Part shown: in pieces, positions 19,705-30,122 of the stretch
Numbering within the stretch: the first letter of the stretch is position 1
How the letters are laid out: every line of letters starts with the position of its first letter
From: an uncultured bacterium
Lineage (GTDB): Bacteria; Verrucomicrobiota; Verrucomicrobiia; Verrucomicrobiales; DEV007
Assembly (NCBI GenBank): GCA_963977015.1
Contig: CAXBMO010000027.1
Span: 1 to 64,000 of the forward strand
Length of the DNA: 64,000 bases
Direction of reading: 5' to 3'
Program-made: the position numbers and the translations under genes
The notes under the pieces: generated by a model
Told to the model about the DNA's origin: nothing
Database searches by the model: none
Seen by the model: the letters and a program-made list of their open reading frames with translations, nothing else

Positions 19705-22254
19705 ATGGCCAGACATCGTTATCCGTTTGAATCCATCGAACCCAAGTGGCAAGCCCATTGGGACGAAGCGCAGACGTTTGCGGTTTCCAACCCCGGCAAG
19801 CCCGATTTCGACGCGGACAAGCCGAAGTATTATGTGTTGGATATGTTTCCCTATCCCAGCGGGGCAGGGCTTCATGTCGGGCATCCGGAAGGCTACACGG
19901 CGACGGACATCATTTCGCGCTACAAGCGAATGAACGGTTTCAACGTGTTGCATCCGATGGGGTGGGACGCATTCGGGCTGCCGGCGGAGCAATACGCGAT
20001 CAAGACGGGGCAGCATCCGCGGGTGACGACGGAGCAGAACGTGAACAATTTTCGCGCGCAGCTGAAGCGGCTCGGGTTTTCCTACGATTGGGAGCGCGAG
20101 GTCAACACCACGGATCCCGGCTATGTGCGCTGGACCCAGTGGATCTTTCTGCAGCTCTATCATTCCTACTGCGACCCGGAAACGGGGAAGGCACGCCCGG
20201 TCAGCGAACTGGAGGAGAAGGGCTGGAGTCGAGAGGAGATCGACGCGGTGCGTCTGGCGTTCGTCGATGAGGTGCCGGTGAACTGGTCGCCCGATTTGGG
20301 GACGGTGTTGGCAAACGAGGAGGTGGATGAGTGGAAAGGCAAGGGCCACACGGTGGAGCGACGTCCGTTGCGGCAGTGGAATTTGCGGATCACCGCGTTT
20401 GCACAGCGGTTGATCGATGAGTTGGATGGCCTGGATTGGCCGGAGTCGATCAAGCTGTTGCAGCGCAACTGGATTGGTCGCAGTGATGGGGCGGAAGTGG
20501 TTTTCGATGTCGAAGGCCATGACGTGACCGTGTTCACGACGCGCCCGGACACGCTGTTTGGCGCGACCTACATGGTGCTTTCGCCCGAGCATCCGCTGGT
20601 GGATGAAATCACGACTGAGCCTCAGAAAAAAGCCGTCGCGGCGTATCAGAAAGAGGCGTCGAGCAAGAGTGAGCTGGACCGGACCGAACTGGCCAAGGAC
20701 AAGACCGGCGTTTTTACGGGCGGCTTTGGAATCAACCCGGTGAACGGCGAGAAAATTCCCGTCTGGATCGCGGATTACGTGATGATGAGTTACGGCACCG
20801 GCGCGATTATGGCGGTGCCGGGTCACGATGACCGGGATTACGAGTTTGCGCAGAAGTTCGAGCTTCCGATCACCGAAGTGGTGAAGGCTCCCGACGATTT
20901 CGAGGGAACCTGTTTCACCGGCAACGGTGTGGCGATCAATTCCGGCATGTTGGACGGGCTGAAGACGCGGGACGCCAAGAAGAAGATCACGGAGTGGCTC
21001 GCGGCGGAAGGGAAGGGGAAGAAGACGATCAATTACAAGCTGCGCGATTGGCTGTTCAGCCGCCAGCGTTACTGGGGCGAACCGTTCCCCATTGTGTGGG
21101 AAGACGGAAATCATCGCGCCTTGAGCGAGGACGAGTTGCCGGTGTTGCAACCGGAGTTGGAGGATTTCAAACCGACGGGATCGCCGGAAGGGCCGTTGGC
21201 GAAAGCGACGGACTGGATCGCGTATTCCGAAACGGCGAAGCGCGAGACGAACACCATGCCGCAGTGGGCCGGCAGTTGCTGGTATTACCTGCGTTACATG
21301 GATGCGCGAAACGACGAGGCGTTTGTCGATTCGGACGTGGAGAAGTATTGGACGAGCGGGGATCAACCCGGCGGCGTCGATCTCTACGTGGGCGGGACCG
21401 AGCACGCGGTGTTGCACCTGTTGTATGCGCGGTTTTGGCACAAGGTGCTCTTTGATCTGGGTCACGTTTCGACGCCGGAGCCGTTTCAGAAGTTGGTGAA
21501 CCAGGGCCTGATTCTCGGCGAAAACGGCCAGAAGATGTCGAAGAGCACCGGCAATGTGGTGAATCCCGACGACGTCGTCGAGGAGTTCGGCGCGGATTCG
21601 CTGCGTCTCTTCGAAATGTTCATGGGACCATTGGAGCAGGTCAAGCCGTGGTCGACCAAGGGCGTGGAAGGCGTGAACCGCTTTCTCGGCAAGGTCTGGC
21701 GATTGGTGATGGAGGAAACCCAGGAAGGCGAATGGACGTTGAGCGACGCCGTGACCGAAATTGAGCCGGACAAAGCGCAGTTGCGCGTTCTGCACGAGAC
21801 GATCAAAAAGGTGACCCACGACATCGAGACGATGGGCTTCAACACCGCGATCTCCCAGATGATGGTTTGCACCAACGAGCTGGGCAAAGCGGAGAAACGT
21901 CCGGTGTCCTGCATCGCGACGTTGTTGCAATTGTTGAACCCGTTTGCACCGCACCTGACCGAAGAGTTGAACGAACTCTTACGGGCAAAATTTGGGGATG
22001 CTCTGCCGGAAAGTCTGGCTTATCAAACGTGGCCAACGTTTGACGAAAAGCATCTCGTCCTGGACGAGATCGAGATGGTGATTCAAGTGAACGGCAAGCT
22101 TCGCGAGAAGATGGTGGTTAGCAAAGACGCCAGCAAGGACGACTGCGAAAAGCTTGCGCTGGAGCAGGAAAAAGTGCAGCCGTTTATCGACGGGAAGACG
22201 ATCCGCAAAGTGATTGTTGTTCCCGGCAAATTGGTGAATATCGTCGCGAACTAG
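19705..22254 (+). CDS. leuS: Leucine--tRNA ligase
   Basis: [14 protein letters not shown] (HIGH), [10 protein letters not shown] editing domain, SRQRYWG, KMSKS. Confidence 0.98.
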   Translation: MARHRYPFESIEPKWQAHWDEAQTFAVSNPGKPDFDADKPKYYVLDMFPYPSGAGLHVGHPEGYTATDIISRYKRMNGFNVLHPMGWDAFGLPAEQYAIKTGQHPRVTTEQNVNNFRAQLKRLGFSYDWEREVNTTDPGYVRWTQWIFLQLYHSYCDPETGKARPVSELEEKGWSREEIDAVRLAFVDEVPVNWSPDLGTVLANEEVDEWKGKGHTVERRPLRQWNLRITAFAQRLIDELDGLDWPESIKLLQRNWIGRSDGAEVVFDVEGHDVTVFTTRPDTLFGATYMVLSPEHPLVDEITTEPQKKAVAAYQKEASSKSELDRTELAKDKTGVFTGGFGINPVNGEKIPVWIADYVMMSYGTGAIMAVPGHDDRDYEFAQKFELPITEVVKAPDDFEGTCFTGNGVAINSGMLDGLKTRDAKKKITEWLAAEGKGKKTINYKLRDWLFSRQRYWGEPFPIVWEDGNHRALSEDELPVLQPELEDFKPTGSPEGPLAKATDWIAYSETAKRETNTMPQWAGSCWYYLRYMDARNDEAFVDSDVEKYWTSGDQPGGVDLYVGGTEHAVLHLLYARFWHKVLFDLGHVSTPEPFQKLVNQGLILGENGQKMSKSTGNVVNPDDVVEEFGADSLRLFEMFMGPLEQVKPWSTKGVEGVNRFLGKVWRLVMEETQEGEWTLSDAVTEIEPDKAQLRVLHETIKKVTHDIETMGFNTAISQMMVCTNELGKAEKRPVSCIATLLQLLNPFAPHLTEELNELLRAKFGDALPESLAYQTWPTFDEKHLVLDEIEMVIQVNGKLREKMVVSKDASKDDCEKLALEQEKVQPFIDGKTIRKVIVVPGKLVNIVAN

Positions 22255-22524
22255 TTGTCGGCCCACTTCAGGGGCCAATTCTCTCCTTCGGTAATCCCAG
22301 GGGCGTGCTCGTTCCCCGCATTTTCGCTAGCTGCGGTTTGAGCGGAAAGCGGAGTGGCACTTGCGAACGACGCGGTTCATTATATCTCAAGGTCTAGGTA
22401 TCTTTTTGTCGGCAGGTGCGAAATGTTTATCGCGATGCTCGGATGCCTATTCCCAGATGGGGTTTGGAGTGGCTGGACTAATTGCGGATGACTATGGGTT
22501 CCAGTGATCAGTGCAAGCGTAACA

Positions 22525-22719
22525 TCATGCCATGAGAATCGCGCCGCAAAATACCATTTGAAGACGTTCTTGGAGTTGGTGAGCTTGGCGTGCTTCTTCC
22601 TCCTTTCGGAGCGGATGTTCGGGCTCGAGGTCTCGAAATCGCGACCGGTGCAACAGATGTGCGAGCCCCACGAACATATAGCCTACAATCAGAATTGAGA
22701 GGAAAATCGCAAGTGTCAT
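22525..22719 (-). CDS. Possible small membrane protein (64 aa)
   Basis: ATG start with aagga a few nt upstream, N-terminal hydrophobic helix, in an otherwise empty 560 bp gap downstream of pyc. Confidence 0.4.
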   Translation of the reverse strand: MTLAIFLSILIVGYMFVGLAHLLHRSRFRDLEPEHPLRKEEEARQAHQLQERLQMVFCGAILMA

Positions 22720-22812
22720 CCGGTGATCCTTGGGTTAGTCCAGTTCACTCCCTATTTCTTCTTTACGGATTTTTCAGGTGGGTTCGAGACTACTTTTTTG
22801 GGGGATCCTCGA

Positions 22813-25800
22813 TCAATCCAGCCGAATCAGGAGGTCGTCGCTTCCAACCGAGTCGCCCTTGTTGACGAGAACTTCCTTCACCACGCCATCCTGATTGGCG
22901 CAGACGCTGGTGAGCATCTTCATTGCTTCGAGGGTGACGAGCTTGTCTCCTTCCTTGACCTTGGCGCCGACGATCGCGTCGACTTCGGTCACCATTCCTG
23001 GCATTGGGGCAACGGCGTGGGTCGGGTCGTTGGGATCGCCTTTGGCGCGGCTTGACGTTTCAATCTTGAGGGAGCGGTCGACGACCTGAGCTTCGCGCGG
23101 CATGCCGTTCAGTTCATAGAACAGCGTCCGCATACCTTCGGTGTTCGGCTCGCCGATTCCGATCAGCTTGATGAAGAGGACTTTCCCGGGATCAATCTCG
23201 ACCGAGATTTCCTCGCTGACCTTGAGTCCATAAAAGTAGGCGCTCGTCGGCAATACGCCGATGTCGTCAAATTCGCGGCGCGACTGCTGGAAGTCGGCAA
23301 AAACCTGGGGATACATCAGGTGGCTGTAAAGATCGTCGTCGGTCGCGGGACGTTTCAGGGCGGTTGAGACCTCTGCCTTGACGTCGTCGAGGTCCACTTT
23401 CGCAGCAATCTCGCCAGGCCGCTTCGTGGTTGGCTTGCGATTGTTGAGCACCACCTTCTGAAGGTCTTGAGGCCAACCGCCATCGGGCTGACCGAGACCG
23501 CCCGCGAGCATGTCGATCACGCTTTCCGGGAAATCGAGAGAACCGGGCTCCAGGTTTGGAACTGCTGAGGGCTTGATCCCGCGCGTGATGAGGAAAATCG
23601 CCATGTCGCCGACCACCTTCGAACTCGGTGTGACTTTGACGATGTCACCGAACAGTTGGTTGACCTCCGCATAGCACTTGGCGACTTCCGGCCAGCGATG
23701 TCCGAGTCCGAGTGCCGCCGCCTGTTCCTTCAGGTTGGTGAACTGGCCGCCGGGCATCTCGTGCTCGTAGACTTCGGCGCTGCCTGCTCGAGGCGCACTT
23801 TGGAAGGGCTGATAAAAATCGAGCACTTCCTCCCAGTAATCGCTGAACTCGTTCAACGCCTGAAGATTGAGCTTGGTATCGCGTTTGTGAGCTTCGAGAG
23901 CGGCGACGATCGAATTGAGGTTCGGCTGACTGGTTGAGCCGGACATACTGCTGATCGCCAAATCCACGATGTCGACTCCGGCTTCGCAGGCTTTGAGAAC
24001 AGAGGCGGCGCTGATTCCGCTGCTGTCGTGGGTGTGGAAGTGAATCGGGATGCCGATTTCTCCGCTCAAGGTTTTCACCAGCTTCTGTGCGGCAAATGGT
24101 CGGCAGAGACCGGCCATGTCCTTGATCGCGAGAATGTGCGCGCCCATCTTTTCCAGCTCTTTCGACATCTTCACGTAATACTCGAGCGAGTATTTATCGC
24201 GCTTGGGATCGTCGATGTTGCCGGTGTAACAAATCGCGGCCTCACAGACACTGTTGGTGTCCTCGACAACCGCTTTCATCGCCACTTCCAAATTCGGCAG
24301 GTAGTTGAGGCTGTCGAAAATTCGGAAGATATCCATCCCGGCCTCGGCCGAATGTTTCACGAAACCGGCGACGACGTTGTCGGGATAATTGGAGTAACCG
24401 ACTGCGTTGGAACCGCGGAACAGCATCTGGAAACAGATGTTCGGGATGCGCTCACGGAGTTTGCGAAGCCGCTCCCACGGATCCTCGCGCAGGAAACGCA
24501 TCGCGGTGTCGAACGTGGCGCCGCCCCACATTTCCAGGCTGAAGAGTTCCGGCGTGCGTTGCGCGATGGCATCGGCAATCGCCAACATGTCGACCGAGCG
24601 CATGCGGGTCGCGATGAGCGATTGGTGAGCGTCGCGCAACGTTGTGTCGGTAATGAGAAGGCGCTTCTCCTTCTTGATCCATTCGGCGAATCCGGTTGGT
24701 CCCAGCTCGAGAAGCTTCTGGCGGGAGCCGGGTGCGGGATCGCGACGCGGCTCAAAATGCGGCAACCGCGCGGGCGGCATCACCTCGGCCGGTTTCCAGT
24801 TCTTCGCCTGCTGATGGCCGTTGACGGTGACGTCGCTGAGATAGGCCAGGAGCTTGGTGGCGCGGTCGCGACGGGCCTTGAATTTCAGCAGGTCCGGGTT
24901 GTCGTCGATCAGCTTGGTGTGAGCCTGCCCCTGAAGGAAGGCGTCGTTCAGAATCACGTTTTCCAGGAACGGCATGTTCGTCTTCACCCCACGAATTCGG
25001 AATTCCCGCAGCGCGCGATACATGCGCTGGTTCGCCCCGCGAAAGGTGTTGGCCCACGCCGTGACCTTCACTAACATGCTGTCGTAAAACGGCGTGATCA
25101 CGCTGCCCGCATCCCCGGAACCCGCGTCGAGACGAATCCCGAGACCCGCCGCCGAGCGATAATTGACGATTCGGCCGTAGTCCGGTGCAAAGCCGTTTTC
25201 GGGATCTTCGGTCGTGATCCGGCACTGAATTGCGTAGCCGTTGCGTGGAATCTGGTCCTGCGGCGGGATGTTGATGACCTCGTCGTGAAGTTGGAAGCCC
25301 TTCGAAACCAGAATTTGCGAACGAACCAGGTCGATTCCGGTGATTTGCTCGGTCACGGTGTGCTCGACCTGGATCCGCGGGTTCATCTCGATGAAGAACC
25401 AGTCCTTCTTGTCCATGTCGTAGAGGAACTCGACCGTGCCGGCGTTGTTGTAGCCGATCTCTTTACCGATCGCCACGGCTGACTGACAAAGGTCGTTCAC
25501 CAACCCAGGATCGAGATCGATGCTTGGCGCAATCTCGATGACTTTCTGATAACGGCGTTGCACCGAACAATCGCGCTCGTGCAGGTGAATCACATTTCCG
25601 TGACGATCGCCGAGAAGCTGGACCTCCAAGTGCTTGGCGCGATTGATGTAGCGCTCCAGAAAGACGCTTGGATTGCCAAACGCGCGCGCCGCTTCGGCTT
25701 GAGCGTCGGCCAGGTTCTGCTCCAGATCCTCCTCCTTCATCACCACCCGCATTCCGCGGCCACCTCCGCCAAACGCGGCCTTGATGATGAGGGGAAAGCC

Positions 25801-26298
25801 AATCTCCTTGGCGATTTTCATCGCTTCCCGACCGCTGACGACCGGATCTTCCGTTCCCGGAAGCGTTGGAACTCCGGCTTTGTGCGCCACGGCGCGAGCC
25901 GCGACCTTGTCGCCCATCTTGTTCAGCAAATCGGGACTTGGCCCGATGAATTCGATCCCTTCATCGATGCAGGCCTGCGCAAAATCGGGATTCTCCGACA
26001 AAAAGCCATAACCGGGGTGAATGTGGGTCACGCCCTTGTCTTTCGCGATCGAAACGATGCCGTCGATGTCGAGATACGCGCCCACCGGCCCTTTTTCTTT
26101 GCGCAGCAAATAGGCTTCGTCCGCTTTGAAGCGATGGCGGCTGAATCGATCTTCTTCGGCAAAAATGGCGACCGTTTTGAGTCCCAACTCGTTGGCGGCA
26201 CGGAAGATGCGAATGGCGATCTCACCCCGATTGACGGCCATCAGTTTACCGTCCGAAATATTGGGGTCGCGAAGAAGTGGAGAAAGACTTGCTGACAT
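22813..26298 (-). CDS. pyc: Pyruvate carboxylase
   Basis: Biotin carboxylase NRGEIAIR, HPGYGFLSEN and GGGGRGMR; carboxyltransferase RDAHQS and WGGATFD; biotinyl EAMKM. Confidence 0.98.
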   Translation of the reverse strand: MSASLSPLLRDPNISDGKLMAVNRGEIAIRIFRAANELGLKTVAIFAEEDRFSRHRFKADEAYLLRKEKGPVGAYLDIDGIVSIAKDKGVTHIHPGYGFLSENPDFAQACIDEGIEFIGPSPDLLNKMGDKVAARAVAHKAGVPTLPGTEDPVVSGREAMKIAKEIGFPLIIKAAFGGGGRGMRVVMKEEDLEQNLADAQAEAARAFGNPSVFLERYINRAKHLEVQLLGDRHGNVIHLHERDCSVQRRYQKVIEIAPSIDLDPGLVNDLCQSAVAIGKEIGYNNAGTVEFLYDMDKKDWFFIEMNPRIQVEHTVTEQITGIDLVRSQILVSKGFQLHDEVINIPPQDQIPRNGYAIQCRITTEDPENGFAPDYGRIVNYRSAAGLGIRLDAGSGDAGSVITPFYDSMLVKVTAWANTFRGANQRMYRALREFRIRGVKTNMPFLENVILNDAFLQGQAHTKLIDDNPDLLKFKARRDRATKLLAYLSDVTVNGHQQAKNWKPAEVMPPARLPHFEPRRDPAPGSRQKLLELGPTGFAEWIKKEKRLLITDTTLRDAHQSLIATRMRSVDMLAIADAIAQRTPELFSLEMWGGATFDTAMRFLREDPWERLRKLRERIPNICFQMLFRGSNAVGYSNYPDNVVAGFVKHSAEAGMDIFRIFDSLNYLPNLEVAMKAVVEDTNSVCEAAICYTGNIDDPKRDKYSLEYYVKMSKELEKMGAHILAIKDMAGLCRPFAAQKLVKTLSGEIGIPIHFHTHDSSGISAASVLKACEAGVDIVDLAISSMSGSTSQPNLNSIVAALEAHKRDTKLNLQALNEFSDYWEEVLDFYQPFQSAPRAGSAEVYEHEMPGGQFTNLKEQAAALGLGHRWPEVAKCYAEVNQLFGDIVKVTPSSKVVGDMAIFLITRGIKPSAVPNLEPGSLDFPESVIDMLAGGLGQPDGGWPQDLQKVVLNNRKPTTKRPGEIAAKVDLDDVKAEVSTALKRPATDDDLYSHLMYPQVFADFQQSRREFDDIGVLPTSAYFYGLKVSEEISVEIDPGKVLFIKLIGIGEPNTEGMRTLFYELNGMPREAQVVDRSLKIETSSRAKGDPNDPTHAVAPMPGMVTEVDAIVGAKVKEGDKLVTLEAMKMLTSVCANQDGVVKEVLVNKGDSVGSDDLLIRLD

Positions 26299-26466
26299 GG
26301 AAGCGAGAAACTAGTCGAAGCGGGGATTCTGTAAACGGGGAAAAGTTGGGGAGATTCAAGCCGATCGGCAGGCGTCCAATCAAGTCGGAAGAACTTTGTC
26401 GGGATTTTGAAATTCGGCTGGGATTCCTCGTTTTACCCACTGGTTGCGCTGGAATCCGTGGAATCG

Positions 26467-26738
26467 CCGTCGCGTAGCGACAGCTCATGCTAGCCGTGGG
26501 TTTCAACCCACGGAAAGCGATCGACCAAGAGATCCGTCGCGTAGCGACCGTTCATGCTGTTGCGCCCCGATTTGCCGAATGGGGTTAGTTTCTCGAACGA
26601 GAGCCGCGAGATGAATACGTTCTTGAGCAATGGAAACGTTCCCACGCGTGAGCGGTCGCTGACGCGACGCAAGCTCCGGATCAAATGCGGTCCGTGGGTT
26701 GAAACCCACGGCTAACATGCCATGTCGCTACGCGACGG
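26467..26738. repeat. REPIN-like composite inverted-repeat element (~270 bp)
   Basis: Left arm ccgtcgcgtagcgaca...catgctagccgtgggtttcaacccacgg is mirrored by the right arm ccgtgggttgaaacccacggctaacatg...tgtcgctacgcgacgg. Internal copies of gtcgcgtagcgac at ~26534 and (inverted) ~26654. Confidence 0.85.
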
Positions 26739-26840
26739 TTCTGCTTCGGGTGTTGCCCGACACGGGCGGTTTCCGATGGATGAGTTTTTCCCGGCAGGAT
26801 GAAGGTTCATTGCTGCTTTTCAGCAAAAGGCGGATGCGTT

Positions 26841-26928
26841 GTAAAACGGGACATCGGCCCGTTCCTGCGGACGACCTGCCGGTCGACCGGCGGGAGTCTC
26901 CGGGGAACGGGCCGATGTCCCGTTTTAC
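26841..26928. repeat. REP doublet (25 bp perfect inverted repeat)
   Basis: gtaaaacgggacatcggcccgttcc ... ggaacgggccgatgtcccgttttac. Each arm is itself a hairpin and the spacer contains ccggtcgaccgg. Confidence 0.85.
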
Positions 26929-26962
26929 CCACCAAAGAGCCGGAGCGGCGTTTCGCGCTGCG

Positions 26963-27607
26963 TCATCTGCGACTTTCCTTTACCTGGCCATCCTGAAGGA
27001 GAAAATGCCGGGTGCCGAGCCGGAGCGCTTCGGCCCGGCTGTGGGTGATGTGAAGTGTGGTGACGCCGGTCGACGTTCGCACGGTTTCGAGGAGTCCGTA
27101 GACCTCTTCGCGGGTTTCCTCGTCCAGCGCGCTCATGGGTTCGTCGAGCAGAAGAATGGGAGGCTCAAAGGAGAGGGCGCGACCAATCGCGATGCGTTGG
27201 GATTCGCCGCCGCTCAGGCCCAGCGGACGTCGATCCAGCAGGTCGCCGATTCCGAGAAGGCCGGACAATTTCTCGACAATGGCCTGGGTGCGTGACGGCG
27301 CAAAGCCGCGCAATTTCGGGGCGAACTCCAAGTGCTCGCGAACCGTCATCGTTTCAAACAGCGCCAAATCCTGGGGAACATATCCCACGTTGCGCTCGGC
27401 GGGAGGTCGCGCGGTGACGACCTTTCCTTCGAGCAAAATTTCGCCCTGGGCGACGTCGCGAAGCCCGCAGATGGCCTCCAGAATCGTGGTTTTCCCAGAA
27501 CCGGTTTTGCCCATGATCACGGCGAAATCACCCGCCGCGACCTGGAACGAAATGCCTTCCAATCGAAAGTCGCCAGCGTGAACGGAAATATCGCGAAGCT
27601 CGATCAT
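26963..27607 (-). CDS. ABC transporter ATP-binding protein (ModC/WtpC-like)
   Basis: Walker A GKTGSGKT, signature LSGGESQR, Walker B LLLDEP, H-loop ITH. Confidence 0.9.
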   Translation of the reverse strand: MIELRDISVHAGDFRLEGISFQVAAGDFAVIMGKTGSGKTTILEAICGLRDVAQGEILLEGKVVTARPPAERNVGYVPQDLALFETMTVREHLEFAPKLRGFAPSRTQAIVEKLSGLLGIGDLLDRRPLGLSGGESQRIAIGRALSFEPPILLLDEPMSALDEETREEVYGLLETVRTSTGVTTLHITHSRAEALRLGTRHFLLQDGQVKESRR

Positions 27608-27610
27608 GAT

Positions 27611-28429
27611 TCAGGCGGCAAAGGTGAGGCCAAATTTGCGAACCAGCGCGAGGACCGCGAAAGCCGCTCCCACCAAAAGGAGCGAAACCGCTACCGCCGC
27701 CTCCAGATTTCCAGCGCTCAGTTCCAACCAAACCGTGGTTGGCAAGACCTCGGTCTTCATCCGGGTTGCTCCCGCAAACACCAGAATCGGACCAAACTCG
27801 CTCAAACTCCGGGCCCAGGCCACGGTCGCCGCCGCCAGCATCCCACGACGCGCCGAAGGCAGCGCGATGTGCCAAAACGCCTGAAATTCCGAACAACCGA
27901 GGGTGAGGGCGACCTGTTCGGGACGGGCCGAAAGATGCTCGAACGTGCCTCGCATCGTCCGAATCGCGAAGGCCGCGCCAATGACAAATTGCGCGAGCAC
28001 CACGCCAAACACGGTGTAGGTGAATGGGATCACGCGCTCGATTTGGTTCCCGATCGTGGTCTGGAAAAAGATCAGCAGGCAGAGGCCCATCACCATGGGT
28101 GGAAGCACGATGGGAATGTCAAGTGCCGCCTCGATCAGCGATTTTCCCGGAATCTCGCGTCGCGAAAGCAGATAACCTGCCGGAACGGCGACGAGGAGCG
28201 AAAGCAGTGCCGTCACCGTGCAGGTCGTGAAGCTGAGAAACACCGAGTAGCGAATTTCCTTGGACGCCAACGCCGCGAACAAATCCGAAGGCCGGCTGTA
28301 AACCGCCGTCGCCGCCAAGATCGCGAGGATGAACAGCAAATACCCGCCAGCGATGACGGCAAGCGAGATCCAGAAAGGGGAGTTAGGCGACCGGTTCAAT
28401 CGTGTCGCGGATCGTGGCAAAGGCTGCAA
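27611..28429 (-). CDS. Molybdate/tungstate-type ABC permease (ModB-like)
   Basis: DIPIVLPPMVMG, EQVALTLG (EAA loop), WARSLSEFG. TTG start is uncertain. Confidence 0.85.
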   Translation of the reverse strand: MQPLPRSATRLNRSPNSPFWISLAVIAGGYLLFILAILAATAVYSRPSDLFAALASKEIRYSVFLSFTTCTVTALLSLLVAVPAGYLLSRREIPGKSLIEAALDIPIVLPPMVMGLCLLIFFQTTIGNQIERVIPFTYTVFGVVLAQFVIGAAFAIRTMRGTFEHLSARPEQVALTLGCSEFQAFWHIALPSARRGMLAAATVAWARSLSEFGPILVFAGATRMKTEVLPTTVWLELSAGNLEAAVAVSLLLVGAAFAVLALVRKFGLTFAA

Positions 28430-28456
28430 AGGGGCGCAACCGAAATCGAGCCGCGA

Positions 28457-29137
28457 TTAAACGGCCTGGTCGGTGAGAATATAGCCGTGACCGCGTCGCG
28501 TATGGATGAGCGGCTTGGAGTCCGGTGAAGTCGAGATGGATTTGCGCAGGGAACTGACGGCCGAGTCGATCACGTTGCTCATGACGACGGCGTTGCTGTC
28601 GTAGAGGTGTTCCTCGATTTCCGTCCGTGAGACGACTTGTCCCTGACGCAGCATCAGGTATTCGAGCAACGAAAACTGCTTGGGCGCCAGATCCAGCTTT
28701 TGACCTCCCCGGGTCGCGGTTTTCGTCGCCGAATCCAGCTCCAGATCGCCGACAAAGACCTTGGAACTGCGCTTCTCATAGCGTCGCCGGCTCAGGGTTT
28801 CGATGCGGGCCAGGAGCTCCTCGATCGCGAAGGGTTTGATGAGGTAATCGTCCGCGCCTTTGCGCAAGCCGAGCACCCGGTCGTCGATCGTGTCTTTTGC
28901 GCTCAGGATGAGGATCGGTGTCTTGTCGCCCGCTTCGCGCAATTTCTCCAAGATGGTGAGCCCGTCCATGTTCGGCAGCATGATGTCGAGCACGAGCACG
29001 TCGAAATCGTAGGTCTGCGCCATCCAGTAACCTTCCTCGCCATCCGACGTCATATCGACCGCGTAGCCCGAGGCTTTCAGGGCTTTGCCGACCGGTTTTT
29101 GCAGGTGTTTCGAATCTTCTACAAAGAGGATGCGCAT
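28457..29137 (-). CDS. OmpR-family response regulator
   Basis: ILFVED, LDIMLP, GADDYLIKPF, C-terminal winged helix IHTRRGHGY. Confidence 0.95.
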   Translation of the reverse strand: MRILFVEDSKHLQKPVGKALKASGYAVDMTSDGEEGYWMAQTYDFDVLVLDIMLPNMDGLTILEKLREAGDKTPILILSAKDTIDDRVLGLRKGADDYLIKPFAIEELLARIETLSRRRYEKRSSKVFVGDLELDSATKTATRGGQKLDLAPKQFSLLEYLMLRQGQVVSRTEIEEHLYDSNAVVMSNVIDSAVSSLRKSISTSPDSKPLIHTRRGHGYILTDQAV

Positions 29138-29246
29138 CGCGGCGATGATAGCATGAGAACCTGAGCAAAGGATGACGAAATCCGGATGTCCCGACGGTCA
29201 CCCGCTTTTTGCTTGCCGGATTTCCGAATTGCAGCGTCGATGAATC

Positions 29247-30038
29247 ATGAAAACACTCTCCGTTCACTTGCTTTCCTCGCTCGTTCTGGCGCTTCCAACC
29301 GTTGCGGAAGTGGTGACCAAAGAAGTGACCTACGAAAGCGGTGGGTTGACGATGAAAGGACTGCTCGCGTGGGACGATGCGATTGAGGGGAAACGTCCGG
29401 GCGTGATCGTGGTTCACGAATGGTGGGGACACAACGACTATGCCCGCGAACGCGCCAAAATGCTGGCGAAACTGGGCTACGCGGCCATGGCGATCGACAT
29501 GTTTGGCGACGGGAAAACGGCCGATCATCCGAAGGATGCAGGCGCCTTTGCCGGTGAAGCGATGAAGAATCTGGATGTCGCGAAGGCCCGGTTCGAAGCC
29601 GCTCGAACGCTTCTCAACGAACAGCCGGTGACCGACCCGGCGAAAAATGCGGCGATTGGCTACTGCTTTGGCGGAGGTGTCGTTCTCCACATGGCGCGGC
29701 TTGGCGTGGATTTGGACGGAGTTGTGAGTTTTCACGGAAGTCTCGGCGCGAAGCAGAAGGCGGAAGCCGGGGAGGTGAATGCCAAGGTGCTGGTTTGCAA
29801 CGGTGCGGCGGACCAATTTGTGAGCGAAGAGGCGGTCGCAGCCTTCAAAGCGGAAATGGAAGCGGCGAAGGTCGATTTTGAGTTTATCAACTACGAGGGC
29901 GCGTTGCATGGATTCACCAACCCGGGGGCGACGGCCAAAGGTGAAAAATTCGGTATCCCGCTGGCCTACGACAAGGCTGCGGATGAGGCTTCCTGGGCCG
30001 AGATGCAGACGTTTTTCGGCGAAATTTTCGGCGAATAG
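29247..30038 (+). CDS. Dienelactone hydrolase family protein, exported
   Basis: Signal peptide, VHEWWG, GYCFGG nucleophile motif, HGFTN. Confidence 0.92.
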   Translation: MKTLSVHLLSSLVLALPTVAEVVTKEVTYESGGLTMKGLLAWDDAIEGKRPGVIVVHEWWGHNDYARERAKMLAKLGYAAMAIDMFGDGKTADHPKDAGAFAGEAMKNLDVAKARFEAARTLLNEQPVTDPAKNAAIGYCFGGGVVLHMARLGVDLDGVVSFHGSLGAKQKAEAGEVNAKVLVCNGAADQFVSEEAVAAFKAEMEAAKVDFEFINYEGALHGFTNPGATAKGEKFGIPLAYDKAADEASWAEMQTFFGEIFGE

Positions 30039-30122
30039 AGCGGTTGGTGAGAGTTGATTCTCTCAAATCGCGAACGCGATCAAACATTCTGCGCCGGGCG
30101 CTGTCAAAACCCCGAACCTCCT

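Noticed and set aside
19633-21954. 773 aa ORF antisense to leuS
   Set aside because: Its codon boundaries coincide with those of leuS, so antisense stops need TTA/CTA/TCA, which are rare in GC-rich genes. No recognisable motifs; a shadow ORF.
26467-26928. Possible CRISPR array
   Set aside because: The repeats are inverted and nested, not regularly spaced direct repeats, and no cas genes are present.
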